Counted from the stretch's first letter, positions 38,371 through 48,203 are shown. The stretch: 64,000 nt of DNA from Bacteroidales bacterium (GCA_004552725.1 SFNM01000001.1:7710-71709); one strand, 5' to 3'. Notes: generated by a model from the letters alone, not told the origin. A program made the numbers and translations.

Positions 38371-39171
38371 ATGCAATTACTCCCAACATTCAAAGTAATA
38401 GCATCGACCTCAGAGGGAAACGCCTACGTCATGAACGCGGGCGAATCCCTCCTTATAGAGGCCGGTGCTTCGATGGCGCAGATAATGCACGCCATCGATT
38501 ACCACGTCCGCAACGTTGAGGGCTGCATCATCACCCATGAGCACGGCGACCACGCCGGGCACATCAACGAAGTTCTTAGTTACGGCATCCCCGTGTGGGC
38601 TACCATAGGCACCATTAACGCTCTCGTAAACCGCATCAACCCGCGCTATATTGAAGCCGGCTTAGTGCACCCCATAGAGAGCCAGCCGGGCGAGAACGGC
38701 GAACGCATTTACAAGCCCTTCAACCTTGGGCGATACCAAATTACGGCATTCCCCACCAAACACGATGCCGCCGAGCCGGTGGGCTTCTATATTGAGCACG
38801 AGAGCATCGGCGCCACGTTATTCGCCACCGACACCTACTATTTGCCCTGCACATTCGCCAACCTTAGCCACGTGGTTATAGAATGCAACTATCTCCCCGC
38901 GCTATTAGAACGGAACGCATTAAACGGCGTTAACGGCATGAACAGCGCCCGCGCCGAGCGAGTAAAAGCCAGCCACCTCAGCCTCGACACGTGCCTCGAA
39001 GCCCTTCAGGCCAACGACCTCACCGCCGTGCAAGATATAACACTAATTCACCTCAGCTATACCAACGGCAATGCCGCAACGTTCAAACACGCCGTGGAGC
39101 AGGCCACAGGCATCCCCACCTACATAGCAAAGCCGGGGCTGTGCCTGCCGTTTACACCATCGCCATTCTAA
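38371..39171 (+). CDS. MBL-fold metallo-hydrolase (phage nuclease)
   Basis: S.S.GNAY, THEHGDH, HDAAEP, ATDT, IECNY and HLS motifs. Confidence 0.88.
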   Translation: MQLLPTFKVIASTSEGNAYVMNAGESLLIEAGASMAQIMHAIDYHVRNVEGCIITHEHGDHAGHINEVLSYGIPVWATIGTINALVNRINPRYIEAGLVHPIESQPGENGERIYKPFNLGRYQITAFPTKHDAAEPVGFYIEHESIGATLFATDTYYLPCTFANLSHVVIECNYLPALLERNALNGVNGMNSARAERVKASHLSLDTCLEALQANDLTAVQDITLIHLSYTNGNAATFKHAVEQATGIPTYIAKPGLCLPFTPSPF

Positions 39172-39189
39172 CCCCAAACAAGTCCCGCC

Positions 39190-40251
39190 ATGGCCAAGAA
39201 GAAAGACAATAAAACACTTATAGACCTATTCAACGACTTCTGGGAACGCAACGCAGAAGTCAACATCAGCCAGCCCGCCACGGTGATGTATTTTTACCTG
39301 CTCAACCGCATAAACCGCAACTTCTGGCAGCCGGTATTTTTGAGCGATTACGAGCTGGCCAAGGCCATCAAGGTGAGCCGCCGCAGAGTGGCGGATTATC
39401 GCACGGAACTCACCTCCGCGGGGCTGATTTTGGCGGAGCAAACAGGCGCCGGCCGAACCTCCGGCACGAACTATAATTTAGCAGGAATCGGTCAAATAAA
39501 TAGCGCCCAAAGGAACAGATTAGAGGGCTTAAATAGCGCCGAAAGGAACAGATTAGCCGACCAAGAGCCGGAAGAAATAGCGCCGAAAGGAACAATGAAT
39601 AGCGCCGAAAGGAACAGATTAGCCGAACCGACACATTATAATGATAATATTAAGACATTAAGACATATCGTCGTCGACGACGCGCGCGCACGTGAGGAAG
39701 AATTTTTTGCACCTTCAGACATCGAAGTTAGCGGCATCGAAATCATCGCCGACGACACGCAAAAAGAAGCCCCGGCAGAACCAAAAAATTCGGCATTGAC
39801 TTCAAAAACTTCAGAAATAGAAAACGCCGCAAAAAAGTTTGAAGAAGACCGCCGGCGCGCCGAGCTCCAAGGCCGAGAGATTCTCAAAGCATTTTTCGCC
39901 GACAACAACACCCCGGTGTTAGAGCAAATTTGCATGAACGCACACATCGTCCCCTCGGAGCTTCAGCGCATCGCCACCGAGATAGTGGCCGAGTGGGCAC
40001 AAGCCGGCACAACCCACGACAACCCGCTCGGCCGCTTTGACATCCGCGACGGCATCCGCCACCTACAGCGCACAATCCCCAAGCGAGCAGCCGGCGAGGC
40101 CGAGGCAAGAAGCCGCCAAGGACAAACGCAAACCCGCGACCAGGTGCGCCGCCAATGGATGCAAGACGCAGCCATCGAATTACAGGCAGCCGCCGAGCGC
40201 TTCGCCGCCGGCATAGCCTCCGACACCCCCGAACCCGTTAACCCCTTCTAA
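39190..40251 (+). CDS. Phage replication initiator (N-terminal winged helix; lambda O-like organisation)
   Basis: YFYLL...N...W...L...ELA......R..L...GLI winged-helix pattern, with iterons inside the gene. Confidence 0.7.
   Translation: MAKKKDNKTLIDLFNDFWERNAEVNISQPATVMYFYLLNRINRNFWQPVFLSDYELAKAIKVSRRRVADYRTELTSAGLILAEQTGAGRTSGTNYNLAGIGQINSAQRNRLEGLNSAERNRLADQEPEEIAPKGTMNSAERNRLAEPTHYNDNIKTLRHIVVDDARAREEEFFAPSDIEVSGIEIIADDTQKEAPAEPKNSALTSKTSEIENAAKKFEEDRRRAELQGREILKAFFADNNTPVLEQICMNAHIVPSELQRIATEIVAEWAQAGTTHDNPLGRFDIRDGIRHLQRTIPKRAAGEAEARSRQGQTQTRDQVRRQWMQDAAIELQAAAERFAAGIASDTPEPVNPF
39499..39670. repeat. Iteron array plus AT-rich tract (probable phage origin)
   Basis: AATAGCGCC(C/G)AAAGGAACA at 39499, 39532, 39576 and 39598, followed by AT-rich 39635-39670. 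Confidence 0.8.
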
Positions 40252-40263
40252 ACCCGCAGAATT

Positions 40264-41022
40264 ATGGAATTTTCGCTTACCACCCGCCCGACCGCCCAAG
40301 TACTAAAACCAACCTCCACCGCCCCGTGGGCTATTGAGATAGTCAACAAATTCGGCGACTTCGCCAAGTTCATGGCCAAATTTTCGGTCGACACACAACG
40401 CTACTGCGCCACCAACATGGAACGCGCCGTGGCGCTGCAGCTCCCCTCCTTCGGCCGCATCATCGCCACCTACGGCGAGGCCAACATCGCCGCCATTATA
40501 AAGCTCTTCATCAAAGAAGCCATCATTCGGATGGGCGAAGACCGCGACCTCGACCCCTACGACCTCCAATTCATCGCCGAGGGAATTTGCCAAAACGACC
40601 GCATCCGCATCCTGCGATTCACTACCGTATTCGGATTTTTTCACCACCTCAAGTGCGGCGAGTTCGACATCTACGGTCACCTAACACCGCGCAAGGTGCT
40701 CGAAGTAATGCGCAAATGGGCAGAGAACGCCAAGCAGGCGGAAGAACGCCTCGCCGCCAAATACGAAGACATCCACAGAGCCGAGGAACAGGAACGCCAC
40801 CGCGCTGAGGCCATACCTTGGAGCGAGTATGCGCGGCGCCACGGCATCGAAGAGCCGGACATCATAACCTACATTCAAAACCGCTGCCGCGAAGCCAACG
40901 AACGGCGCGAGCGCATCAGAGGCATCGGAACGGCACTCGAGGGCACAATTTCAGCATTCGCTGAATTGTTTGCAGCCATACGGAGCGCAAAAACGCCTTC
41001 AGGCTTTCAAAAACCGCCCTAA
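40264..41022 (+). CDS. Phage protein downstream of the initiator (DUF6633-like, possible helicase loader)
   Basis: FF..LK.GEF..YG.L.P..V motif, in the position of lambda P. Confidence 0.55.
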   Translation: MEFSLTTRPTAQVLKPTSTAPWAIEIVNKFGDFAKFMAKFSVDTQRYCATNMERAVALQLPSFGRIIATYGEANIAAIIKLFIKEAIIRMGEDRDLDPYDLQFIAEGICQNDRIRILRFTTVFGFFHHLKCGEFDIYGHLTPRKVLEVMRKWAENAKQAEERLAAKYEDIHRAEEQERHRAEAIPWSEYARRHGIEEPDIITYIQNRCREANERRERIRGIGTALEGTISAFAELFAAIRSAKTPSGFQKPP

Positions 41023-41129
41023 TTTCGACGCAAACACAAAAGGCGGGCAATTACCACCTCAAAACAAAATCGCCGTAAAAACAGCCATAAACGCAAAATT
41101 CATTTTTCACAAAACAGACAACAACGACC

Positions 41130-41450
41130 ATGCAAAACCCAAAACTTCCAACCAATTTTGAACCGATAGCCCGGGCAATTGAACAAGTCACGGGCTTCAC
41201 CTTCGAGCAGCTCTGCCAACGCTCACGAAAATGGCAAGTAGTCGACACACGGGTGATTTTTTGTTACTTCGCCAAACAGACAGGTGTGCGAAATAGCGAT
41301 ATAGCCTTTTTTATAGGCTTCAACCCTTCAGACGTGAAGCACTACCTCGACCTCTACACCGACCGCATCAAATTTAACAAACAATCCCGCCAACTCGCCA
41401 ACGACATCCAGTTAGCAATCAGCAAATTAACCGATATTCAAAATGATTAA
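41130..41450 (+). CDS. DnaA C-terminal-like HTH protein
   Basis: IEQVTG....QL..RSR...VVD.R.IF.YF......IA..IG pattern. Confidence 0.6.
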   Translation: MQNPKLPTNFEPIARAIEQVTGFTFEQLCQRSRKWQVVDTRVIFCYFAKQTGVRNSDIAFFIGFNPSDVKHYLDLYTDRIKFNKQSRQLANDIQLAISKLTDIQND

Positions 41451-41742
41451 ATACTACCTCGCCGCGCTCCTGCGAGCAATCGCCGACAGGCTCAGCCAGG
41501 AGCGCAAAAAAACCATAAACGAAACCATCGAAGTAACGATGACTTCGCCACACCCAAACGGGTACCCATCATGGCCGGCCGATAAATACCCCTCCGCGCT
41601 TCAGTACATTTTAGCCGAGCGCATCGGCCTGGCATTATTAGCCGCCGGCAAAATTCGCTTCACTACCTACCCGCCGGCCTCGCGCCTTGAGCGTGCGAAG
41701 CTCGCCGCCTCCGTACTCATTCCAACCAATCAACCAGCATAA
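41443..41742 (+). CDS. Hypothetical phage protein
   Basis: ORF coupled to its neighbours. Confidence 0.5.
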   Translation: MIKYYLAALLRAIADRLSQERKKTINETIEVTMTSPHPNGYPSWPADKYPSALQYILAERIGLALLAAGKIRFTTYPPASRLERAKLAASVLIPTNQPA

Positions 41743-41744
41743 GA

Positions 41745-42206
41745 ATGGCAAAATTGACCTTTGAGCAGATGCTCGAGCAAAGCAAAGCCGCCGGCACCAG
41801 CCGACACAACCCGCAGCGCCACATCGAGGAGAACCTCCAAATCGCCTGCTGCCGCTGGTTCCAGTACCAGTGGGGCAATTTCACAATCAACGGCGAAAAA
41901 ATCGGCGCACTACTACACCACAGCCCCAACGGCGGAAAGCGCAACCTCTTCGAGGCTAAACGCTTCAAAGCCATGGGCACACGAGCCGGCTTTCCCGACC
42001 TTTGGCTCGGCATTCCGGTGGACGGCTGCCCGTACCTTTGTATCGAACTAAAGACCACCGAGAGCGGCTCACGCCAAAGCGAGCATCAGCGCAATTATGA
42101 GCGCTTAGTTAAAGCCGTCGGCGCCAAATACATCGTGGTGCGCACCCTTCAGGAGTTTATCCAAGCCGTTAACGACTACCTCGCACCGCTAACTTCAAAA
42201 AAATAA
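41745..42206 (+). CDS. VRR-NUC domain nuclease
   Basis: E..LQ, HSPNGGKR, G.RAGFPDL, IELK and QSEHQ motifs. Confidence 0.88.
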   Translation: MAKLTFEQMLEQSKAAGTSRHNPQRHIEENLQIACCRWFQYQWGNFTINGEKIGALLHHSPNGGKRNLFEAKRFKAMGTRAGFPDLWLGIPVDGCPYLCIELKTTESGSRQSEHQRNYERLVKAVGAKYIVVRTLQEFIQAVNDYLAPLTSKK

Positions 42207-42212
42207 CAAAAA

Positions 42213-42271
42213 TTCGATAACTTTTCATCAAAATCGTATTAACATAATTCAAATTTCACTATATTTGCACC
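42213..42271 (+). promoter_or_regulatory. Late promoter 1
   Basis: TTCGATAACT and CACTATATTTGCACC (contains a TAnnTTTG box), with the same spacing as at 49953-50011. Confidence 0.65.
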
Positions 42272-42286
42272 AAAAATTAATCCGCG

Positions 42287-42586
42287 ATGAAAATTCAAAT
42301 CGACAAAGTACTCCACGCCGCAATCAGCACAATAATTGCCATCGTGTTTTCAACTTCGGCATTTTTGCTGTTGGTGCTTAAATTCGGCCTCGCCGCGCTA
42401 ATCGCCGCCATTTCCGCATTCGTGGCGGGCTTCGCGCTATCTTTGACCGTGGGCTTAATTAAGGAGTTACGAGACAGCCGCCAGCCCGGCAACTGCTTCA
42501 GCTGGGGAGATTTAGCCGCCGACGCCCTCGGCTCTTTTGTTGGAGCGGCCACAGTTTTCATCGCGGCTTTTATTTACACGATTTAA
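42287..42586 (+). CDS. Small membrane protein (VanZ/YfiM-like motif)
   Basis: DK..H, G..KE..D and FS..DL.AD..G motifs with hydrophobic helices. Confidence 0.6.
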   Translation: MKIQIDKVLHAAISTIIAIVFSTSAFLLLVLKFGLAALIAAISAFVAGFALSLTVGLIKELRDSRQPGNCFSWGDLAADALGSFVGAATVFIAAFIYTI

Positions 42587-42610
42587 GCAATTCTGTAGAG
42601 TTTTATGGGT

Positions 42611-42652
42611 AAGCCCGGCGGGAACGGCTGCAAACCCTTCCGCCGGGCTTTT
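42611..42652 (+). terminator. Intrinsic terminator-like hairpin
   Basis: AAGCCCGGCGG...CCGCCGGGCTT followed by TTT. Confidence 0.65.
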
Positions 42653-42780
42653 TAATCAATCAACCATGGCAAAGAAGAACGACACCGAACAGGAATTTAA
42701 AATCGACTTCGGCAACGACAAGGACGACAAAACCATCATCAACAACACAGATGTTCCATTCAATGACCCATTTGCATAAC

Positions 42781-43398
42781 ATGCAGACAATTCAGAGCAT
42801 AACAATCCCGCTCGATACCATCGACAATAACATCGGGCAAATTCCGGGCATTCCTCCCAACCCGCGTGAAATGTCCATTCAGGAGTTTCAGAAGCTCAAA
42901 GCATCGCTGATGCGCGACCGAGCATTCACCGCCGCTTGCGAGTTAAAAGTGTACCCGTTCGAAGGTCGATGGGTCGCCATCGGCGGGAACATGAGGCTCC
43001 GGGCAATGCGCGAACTTAAGTGGACGCACGCAATCGCGAAGCCTATCCCGGCAGACACCCCCCTCGAGCAGCTGCAGCGCTGGGTCATTCTTGATAATGC
43101 TCACTTCGGCAAATGGGACTTCGACAAGCTCGCAAATGAGTTTGAGGTCGAAGACATCGCAAGCGCCTGCATTAACATTCCTTACGTTGACACCGACGGC
43201 CTCTTAAATGCCAAAGCCGAGCAAGAAGGCACAATCAAAAAATTTATATTCAGCCCGGAACAAGCCGAGGACATCAAGAGAATTTTAAAAAAAGCGAAGC
43301 CTCACATGGCTAAAGACATTGTGGCAAGAACCGGCAATGCCAATTCCAACGGCAACGCCTTATTTACAATTTTAGAGCAATGGCAGCCCCCCAAATAA
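42781..43398 (+). CDS. ParB/Srx-like N-terminal domain protein, paralog 1
   Basis: NPR, GGNMRLRA and DNAHFGKWD motifs. Confidence 0.8.
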   Translation: MQTIQSITIPLDTIDNNIGQIPGIPPNPREMSIQEFQKLKASLMRDRAFTAACELKVYPFEGRWVAIGGNMRLRAMRELKWTHAIAKPIPADTPLEQLQRWVILDNAHFGKWDFDKLANEFEVEDIASACINIPYVDTDGLLNAKAEQEGTIKKFIFSPEQAEDIKRILKKAKPHMAKDIVARTGNANSNGNALFTILEQWQPPK

Positions 43399-44033
43399 TC
43401 AGCAGCGTATTAGTAAAGCTCGATGTTATCGACTTCAACACCGGGCAAATTCCCGGCGTACCTTCCAACCCAAGAGACCCGGAAGTGGAGTATTTCAAAC
43501 TAAAAGATTCACTAACCAAAGATGCAGCATTCACCACGATTAACGAGCTGGTGCTGTATCCGTTTAACGGCCGGTATGTCGCAATTAGCGGCAACATGAG
43601 AGCGAGAGCCGCGAAGGAATTAGGATGGAAGGAAATTTCGGCAAAGATTCTTCCGGCGGACACCAAGCCGGAAGCCCTAACTCGATACATACTTCTCGGT
43701 AACGCGGAATTTGGCAAATGGGACACGGCTCAGTTAGCCGAAAAATGGGCAGCAGTTGACCTTGAGGCTTTAAACGTTGAGTGCAACGACTCCGTCGAGA
43801 GCCTCAACCCCGACGACCTCGGCGAAGAATTTGAGCTCCCGGACGGCGAACAAAACAAAGAACGAACCATTTCGTTCACTCTGACGGCAAGTCAGGCCGA
43901 TTATTTAAACCACGTCATCGGCGTAGCAAAGCAGTGCGGGCTTAAACCGCCAACGCGCTACAACAACGCTGATGAGGACGCAAATTTTATTCACCTTATA
44001 GCACTACAATGGGAAGAGCAAAAGAAATCATAG
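43380..44033 (+). CDS. ParB/Srx-like N-terminal domain protein, paralog 2
   Basis: GQIPGVPSNPR, SGNMRARA and N.EFGKWD, clearly paralogous to the preceding ORF. Confidence 0.8.
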   Translation: MAAPQIISSVLVKLDVIDFNTGQIPGVPSNPRDPEVEYFKLKDSLTKDAAFTTINELVLYPFNGRYVAISGNMRARAAKELGWKEISAKILPADTKPEALTRYILLGNAEFGKWDTAQLAEKWAAVDLEALNVECNDSVESLNPDDLGEEFELPDGEQNKERTISFTLTASQADYLNHVIGVAKQCGLKPPTRYNNADEDANFIHLIALQWEEQKKS

Positions 44034-44778
44034 TAAAGGTTATCCCGAGCCGTATCGCCAAAGAATTTGTCAAACGCCACCACTACAGCGGAAAAGTGGT
44101 TAATAACTCACAGCTCCATTTTGGAGCGTTCCTTGATGGAGTACTTCACGGCGTTCTCCAATACGGGCCCAGTATGGACAAATCAAAAATTCAGCCGTTA
44201 GTTGAGGGAACAGGGTGGAACGAATTTTTGGAATTAAACCGCATGGCATTCGACGATTACTTACCACGCAACTCGGAGAGCTACTGCATCGGCAAAACGC
44301 TCCGGCTGATTAAGAAGCACGCCCCGCAAATCAAGTGGGTCGTTAGCTTCGCCGATGGGGCGCAGTGCGGTGATGGCACGATTTACCGCGCTTCAAATTT
44401 CATTTTAACAGGTATAAAGCCAAACAAGGCCATTTATCTTTTCCCCTCCGGCGATAGAATCGCCTCGATGACGGTAACAGCCTATTGGGACAGCCCTATT
44501 ATGAGGAAGCAAGCTATTTTTTAGGTATAAAGCCCGGTTATCGGCCTATTTCAGAATGGCAAAAGCTCGGGGCTAAAGCAATCCCCGGCTTCCAGCTTCG
44601 CTATATCTATTTCATCGACAAAAAGTGCCGGGCAAAACTGACCGTCCCGGAACTTCCATTTTCAGAGATAGACCGCCTCGGTGCGGGAATGTACAAAGGC
44701 GAGCGCATCGAGCAAGCCGTTCGTCACGCTATCAAAACCGAAAGCCAACGAGATAACACCGACAAATCGACCAAATAA
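44009..44778 (+). CDS. Mom-like (GNAT-fold) adenine-modification protein split by a -1 frameshift
   Basis: 5' ORF with HHYSGK, ELNRMA, RNSES, SFAD...GDGTIYRASNF. The -1 frame continues with GFQLRYIYFID...GAGMYKGE. The junction is ATTTTTTAG (44516-44524). Confidence 0.7.
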
Positions 44779-44785
44779 CACCGAT

Positions 44786-45226
44786 ATGCCCAACCCGCAA
44801 AATTTGCAAGCACCATGGCAGCCGGGGCAAAGCGGCAATCCCAAAGGCAGGCCAAAGAACCGGGTGACCAACACCTGGCTCCCCGCCTGCTTTGGCAAGA
44901 AGCGAACCAAGCAAATGGACGATTTAACGCCGGAGGAAATAAACACCATAGAACGGCGGTTATTAGTGGCTTCAGTGTCGGAATTAACCGTTATCGCCAA
45001 GTGGGAAGACACACCGGCATACGCTAAGACTTTGGCCATGGCGCTGTTATTCGACATCAAACACGGCCGAACGGCCACCATCGACAAGCTCCGAGAACGG
45101 CAATATGGCAAGGCCATCCAAAAAATTGAACTAACCGGCAAGGACGGCGCCGACTTAGTGCCGGCTCGCACGCTCACCAAGCAGGAAATAACAGAGCTAT
45201 TCAAGCAGCTCGACCAAGATTTTTAA
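44786..45226 (+). CDS. Terminase small subunit (DUF5681-like)
   Basis: WQPGQSGNPKGRPK and ELTGKDG motifs, directly upstream of TerL. Confidence 0.75.
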   Translation: MPNPQNLQAPWQPGQSGNPKGRPKNRVTNTWLPACFGKKRTKQMDDLTPEEINTIERRLLVASVSELTVIAKWEDTPAYAKTLAMALLFDIKHGRTATIDKLRERQYGKAIQKIELTGKDGADLVPARTLTKQEITELFKQLDQDF

Positions 45227-45237
45227 AGATAGCGCAA

Positions 45238-46692
45238 GTGGAAGAAATTCGCGACATCGATGTAATCAAAACGTGGGCGCTCTCGTCCACGCTAAATTTC
45301 ACACGCTATTTTTTCAAACAGCTCTATAAGCGCAAATTTGTGGTGGGTCGCCATCACATTCTCATCGCCGAGGCGCTCGACCGGGTATTCCGCGGCGAAA
45401 GCACACGCCTGATTATTAACATCGCCCCACGCTTCGGCAAAACGGAACTCGCGGTGAAGAACTTCATCGCCATGGGCTTAGCGCTCAACCCGCGAGCCAA
45501 ATTTATCCATCTAAGTTATAGCGACGGCCTCGCCCGCGATAACAGCTGCGGAGTGCAAGCCATTATCCGCGACCCGCAATATATGAGGCTCTTCCCCGCC
45601 ACAAGACCCACCAGTCGCAACTCGCAGAAATGGAGCACCACCGCCGGCGGCGGGCTTTATGCCGTATCTTCAGCCGGCCAAGTTACAGGCTTCGGCGCCG
45701 GCTTAGTTGACAACGAGGAGACCGCCGAACTTAGCCAAGAAATCGACGAGCTCAACGCCGTAAACCCGGGCACCTTTGGCGGCGCTATCGTTATCGACGA
45801 CCCAATCAAGCCCGACGACGCCCGCTCCGAATTAGTGCGCAACAAGGTAAACCAAAAATTCGAAACCACAATCCGCAACCGCGTAAACAGCCGCAACACC
45901 CCGATCATAATCATCATGCAGCGCCTCGACATCGACGACCTCTGCGGCTACCTTCAGCGCATCGAACCGGAGCAGTGGGAAGTGCTCAGCCTTCCGGCAT
46001 TATACACCGACGACCACGGCAAGGAGCAAGCGCTCTGGCCGTTCAAGATGGACACCGAGGAACTCCACAAGCTCCGCGACCTCGCCCCGTGGGTGTTTGA
46101 GACCCAATACATGCAGAACCCCCAGCCGCTCACGGGCTTAATGTACGAGCGGCCATTCAAGACATACGACGCGCTCCCGGTAACACGCCGGCATGTCATC
46201 AAAGCTTACGTCGACACGGCCGACACCGGCGACGACTACCTCTGCGCAATTATTTACGTGGAAACGGAAATCGGCAACTTCATTCTCGATGTATACTACA
46301 CCAATGCCGCCATGGAAACCACCGAGCCGGAAACCGCCCGACTATTCACTCGCCACGGGGTGCAGCGTGCAATAATTGAGAGCAACAACGGCGGCCGAGG
46401 CTTCGCCCGAGCGGTCGAAAAGAACTGCCGCATCATAGGCAACAATTCCACCGCCTTCCAGTGGTTCACACAGACGCACAACAAAGACGTGCGCATCTTC
46501 AGCCACAGCGCCGAAGTGCAAAATCTTACATACTTCCCCACCGGCTGGGACAAGCGCTGGCCGCAATTTTGGAGCGCCATAGTCCACTTCAAAAAGGAAG
46601 GACGCAACGCACACGACGACGCACCGGACGCGCTCACCGGCACGGTCGAAAAGCGCACCGACAAGCCGCAACAATTAACAGCATTCTTTTAA
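45238..46692 (+). CDS. terL: Terminase large subunit
   Basis: INIAPRFGKTEL, TGFGA, IVIDDPIK, IMQRL, QYMQNP, ESNNGG and HDDAPDALT motifs. Confidence 0.93.
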   Translation: MEEIRDIDVIKTWALSSTLNFTRYFFKQLYKRKFVVGRHHILIAEALDRVFRGESTRLIINIAPRFGKTELAVKNFIAMGLALNPRAKFIHLSYSDGLARDNSCGVQAIIRDPQYMRLFPATRPTSRNSQKWSTTAGGGLYAVSSAGQVTGFGAGLVDNEETAELSQEIDELNAVNPGTFGGAIVIDDPIKPDDARSELVRNKVNQKFETTIRNRVNSRNTPIIIIMQRLDIDDLCGYLQRIEPEQWEVLSLPALYTDDHGKEQALWPFKMDTEELHKLRDLAPWVFETQYMQNPQPLTGLMYERPFKTYDALPVTRRHVIKAYVDTADTGDDYLCAIIYVETEIGNFILDVYYTNAAMETTEPETARLFTRHGVQRAIIESNNGGRGFARAVEKNCRIIGNNSTAFQWFTQTHNKDVRIFSHSAEVQNLTYFPTGWDKRWPQFWSAIVHFKKEGRNAHDDAPDALTGTVEKRTDKPQQLTAFF

Positions 46693-46715
46693 CGACAATA
46701 TAAACCCCAAACAAT

Positions 46716-48203
46716 ATGCCCACCAAATTACAGCAACTCCTCCAAGCCGGAGACTTCGGCGCATTAGTATCCGAGCTCCGCAACGGCCGCCTCGAGCCAT
46801 CGCCGGCACCCACACACAACGCCGCCCAGTATGACCCCAAGCTCCACGCCATTAACGACCCGCTCCAGCGCCCCGACAAGCTGGTGAAGGTCGACCCCTC
46901 AGCCGAAGACTACGGCCAAGTTACCAGCATAAACCCGAACACCGAACTCACCAGCGATGCAGGTTTCCGCGTTGAGCGAGTGGCACGTATCGCTCTCGCC
47001 ATTCAGAAACTCATCGTTAAACGCGCCGTGGCGTTTACATTCGGCAACCCCGTTATTTACTCCTCAGATGCCGCCACCGACCAAGAGCAAGAAGTGCTCC
47101 AGAGCGTCAAGCGCGTATTCGCCGACATCAAGGAGAACACGCTCAACCGCCGCATCGCCCGGTCGCTATTCAGCACCCAAGAGGTGGCGGAATTGTGGTA
47201 CCCGGTAGAGACTGCCACCGAACATAATATTTATGGCTTCCCCACGCGCTACAAATTCCGAGTGGCTATCTTTTCCCCGGTATTCGGCGACAAGTTGTGG
47301 CCGTACTTCGACGACAGCCGCGACCTCATAGCATTCTCCCGCGAGTTCACTCGCAAGGATGCCGACGGTCAAACCCGCAACTATTTCGAAACGTACACCG
47401 CCGATGCGCATTACTTATGGACAGCTCAAAGTAAGGACAACACCACCGGTAACTGGGAGATGGCCGAGGGCTACCCCAAGGCTCTCCCCATTGGCAAAAT
47501 TCCGGTGGTTTATGCCTCACAGCCGCAAACAGAGTGGGCAGACGTTCAGAACCTTATCGACAGGCTCGAAAAACTTTTGAGCAACTACGCCGACACCAAC
47601 GACTACCACGCCTCGCCCAAAATCTTCGTCCAAGGCAGCATCAAAGGCTTCGCCCGCAAAGGCGAGGCCGGCGCAATCATAGAAGGCGAAGACGGAGCCT
47701 CGGCGCAATACCTGAGCTGGCAAAGCGCGCCGGAGAGCGTCCGCCTCGAAATCGACACCCTGCTGCGGATGGTGTACACCATCACCCAAACCCCGGACAT
47801 CAGCTTCGACACGGTCAAGGGCATCGGAGCGGTGAGCGGCACCGCCCTGCGGCTTATGTTCTTAGACGCGCACCTCAAAGTGCAGGACAAAGCTGAGATA
47901 TTCGACGAGTACCTCCAGCGCCGCTGCAACATCGTTAAAGCCTACATCGCCCAAGCCGCAATAAAGATGGCACCGGCGGCTCAATCGCTTATCATTCGTC
48001 CCAAGATAACACCCTACATCATCGAAGACGAGCTAAGCAAAGTTAACATCCTCCAAGCCGCCAACGGCGGAAAGCAAATGGCCAGCCGCGCCGAAACAAT
48101 TCGCCGCTTAGGATGGGCAGACGACGTGGCAGCCGAAGAAGCTGCCATCATCGCCGAGGAAGAAGCTGCCAATTCATTCGCCGAGGGCGAGCCAACATTT
48201 TAG
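46716..48203 (+). CDS. Portal protein (SPP1 gp6-like)
   Basis: 495 aa after TerL, with GKIPVVY, TPDISF and SG.ALRL motifs. Confidence 0.88.
   Translation: MPTKLQQLLQAGDFGALVSELRNGRLEPSPAPTHNAAQYDPKLHAINDPLQRPDKLVKVDPSAEDYGQVTSINPNTELTSDAGFRVERVARIALAIQKLIVKRAVAFTFGNPVIYSSDAATDQEQEVLQSVKRVFADIKENTLNRRIARSLFSTQEVAELWYPVETATEHNIYGFPTRYKFRVAIFSPVFGDKLWPYFDDSRDLIAFSREFTRKDADGQTRNYFETYTADAHYLWTAQSKDNTTGNWEMAEGYPKALPIGKIPVVYASQPQTEWADVQNLIDRLEKLLSNYADTNDYHASPKIFVQGSIKGFARKGEAGAIIEGEDGASAQYLSWQSAPESVRLEIDTLLRMVYTITQTPDISFDTVKGIGAVSGTALRLMFLDAHLKVQDKAEIFDEYLQRRCNIVKAYIAQAAIKMAPAAQSLIIRPKITPYIIEDELSKVNILQAANGGKQMASRAETIRRLGWADDVAAEEAAIIAEEEAANSFAEGEPTF

Noticed and set aside
39499..39616. CRISPR repeats or a protein repeat
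   Set aside because: The gaps between repeats are only 3-25 bp and one copy is in a different reading frame, which fits DNA iterons.
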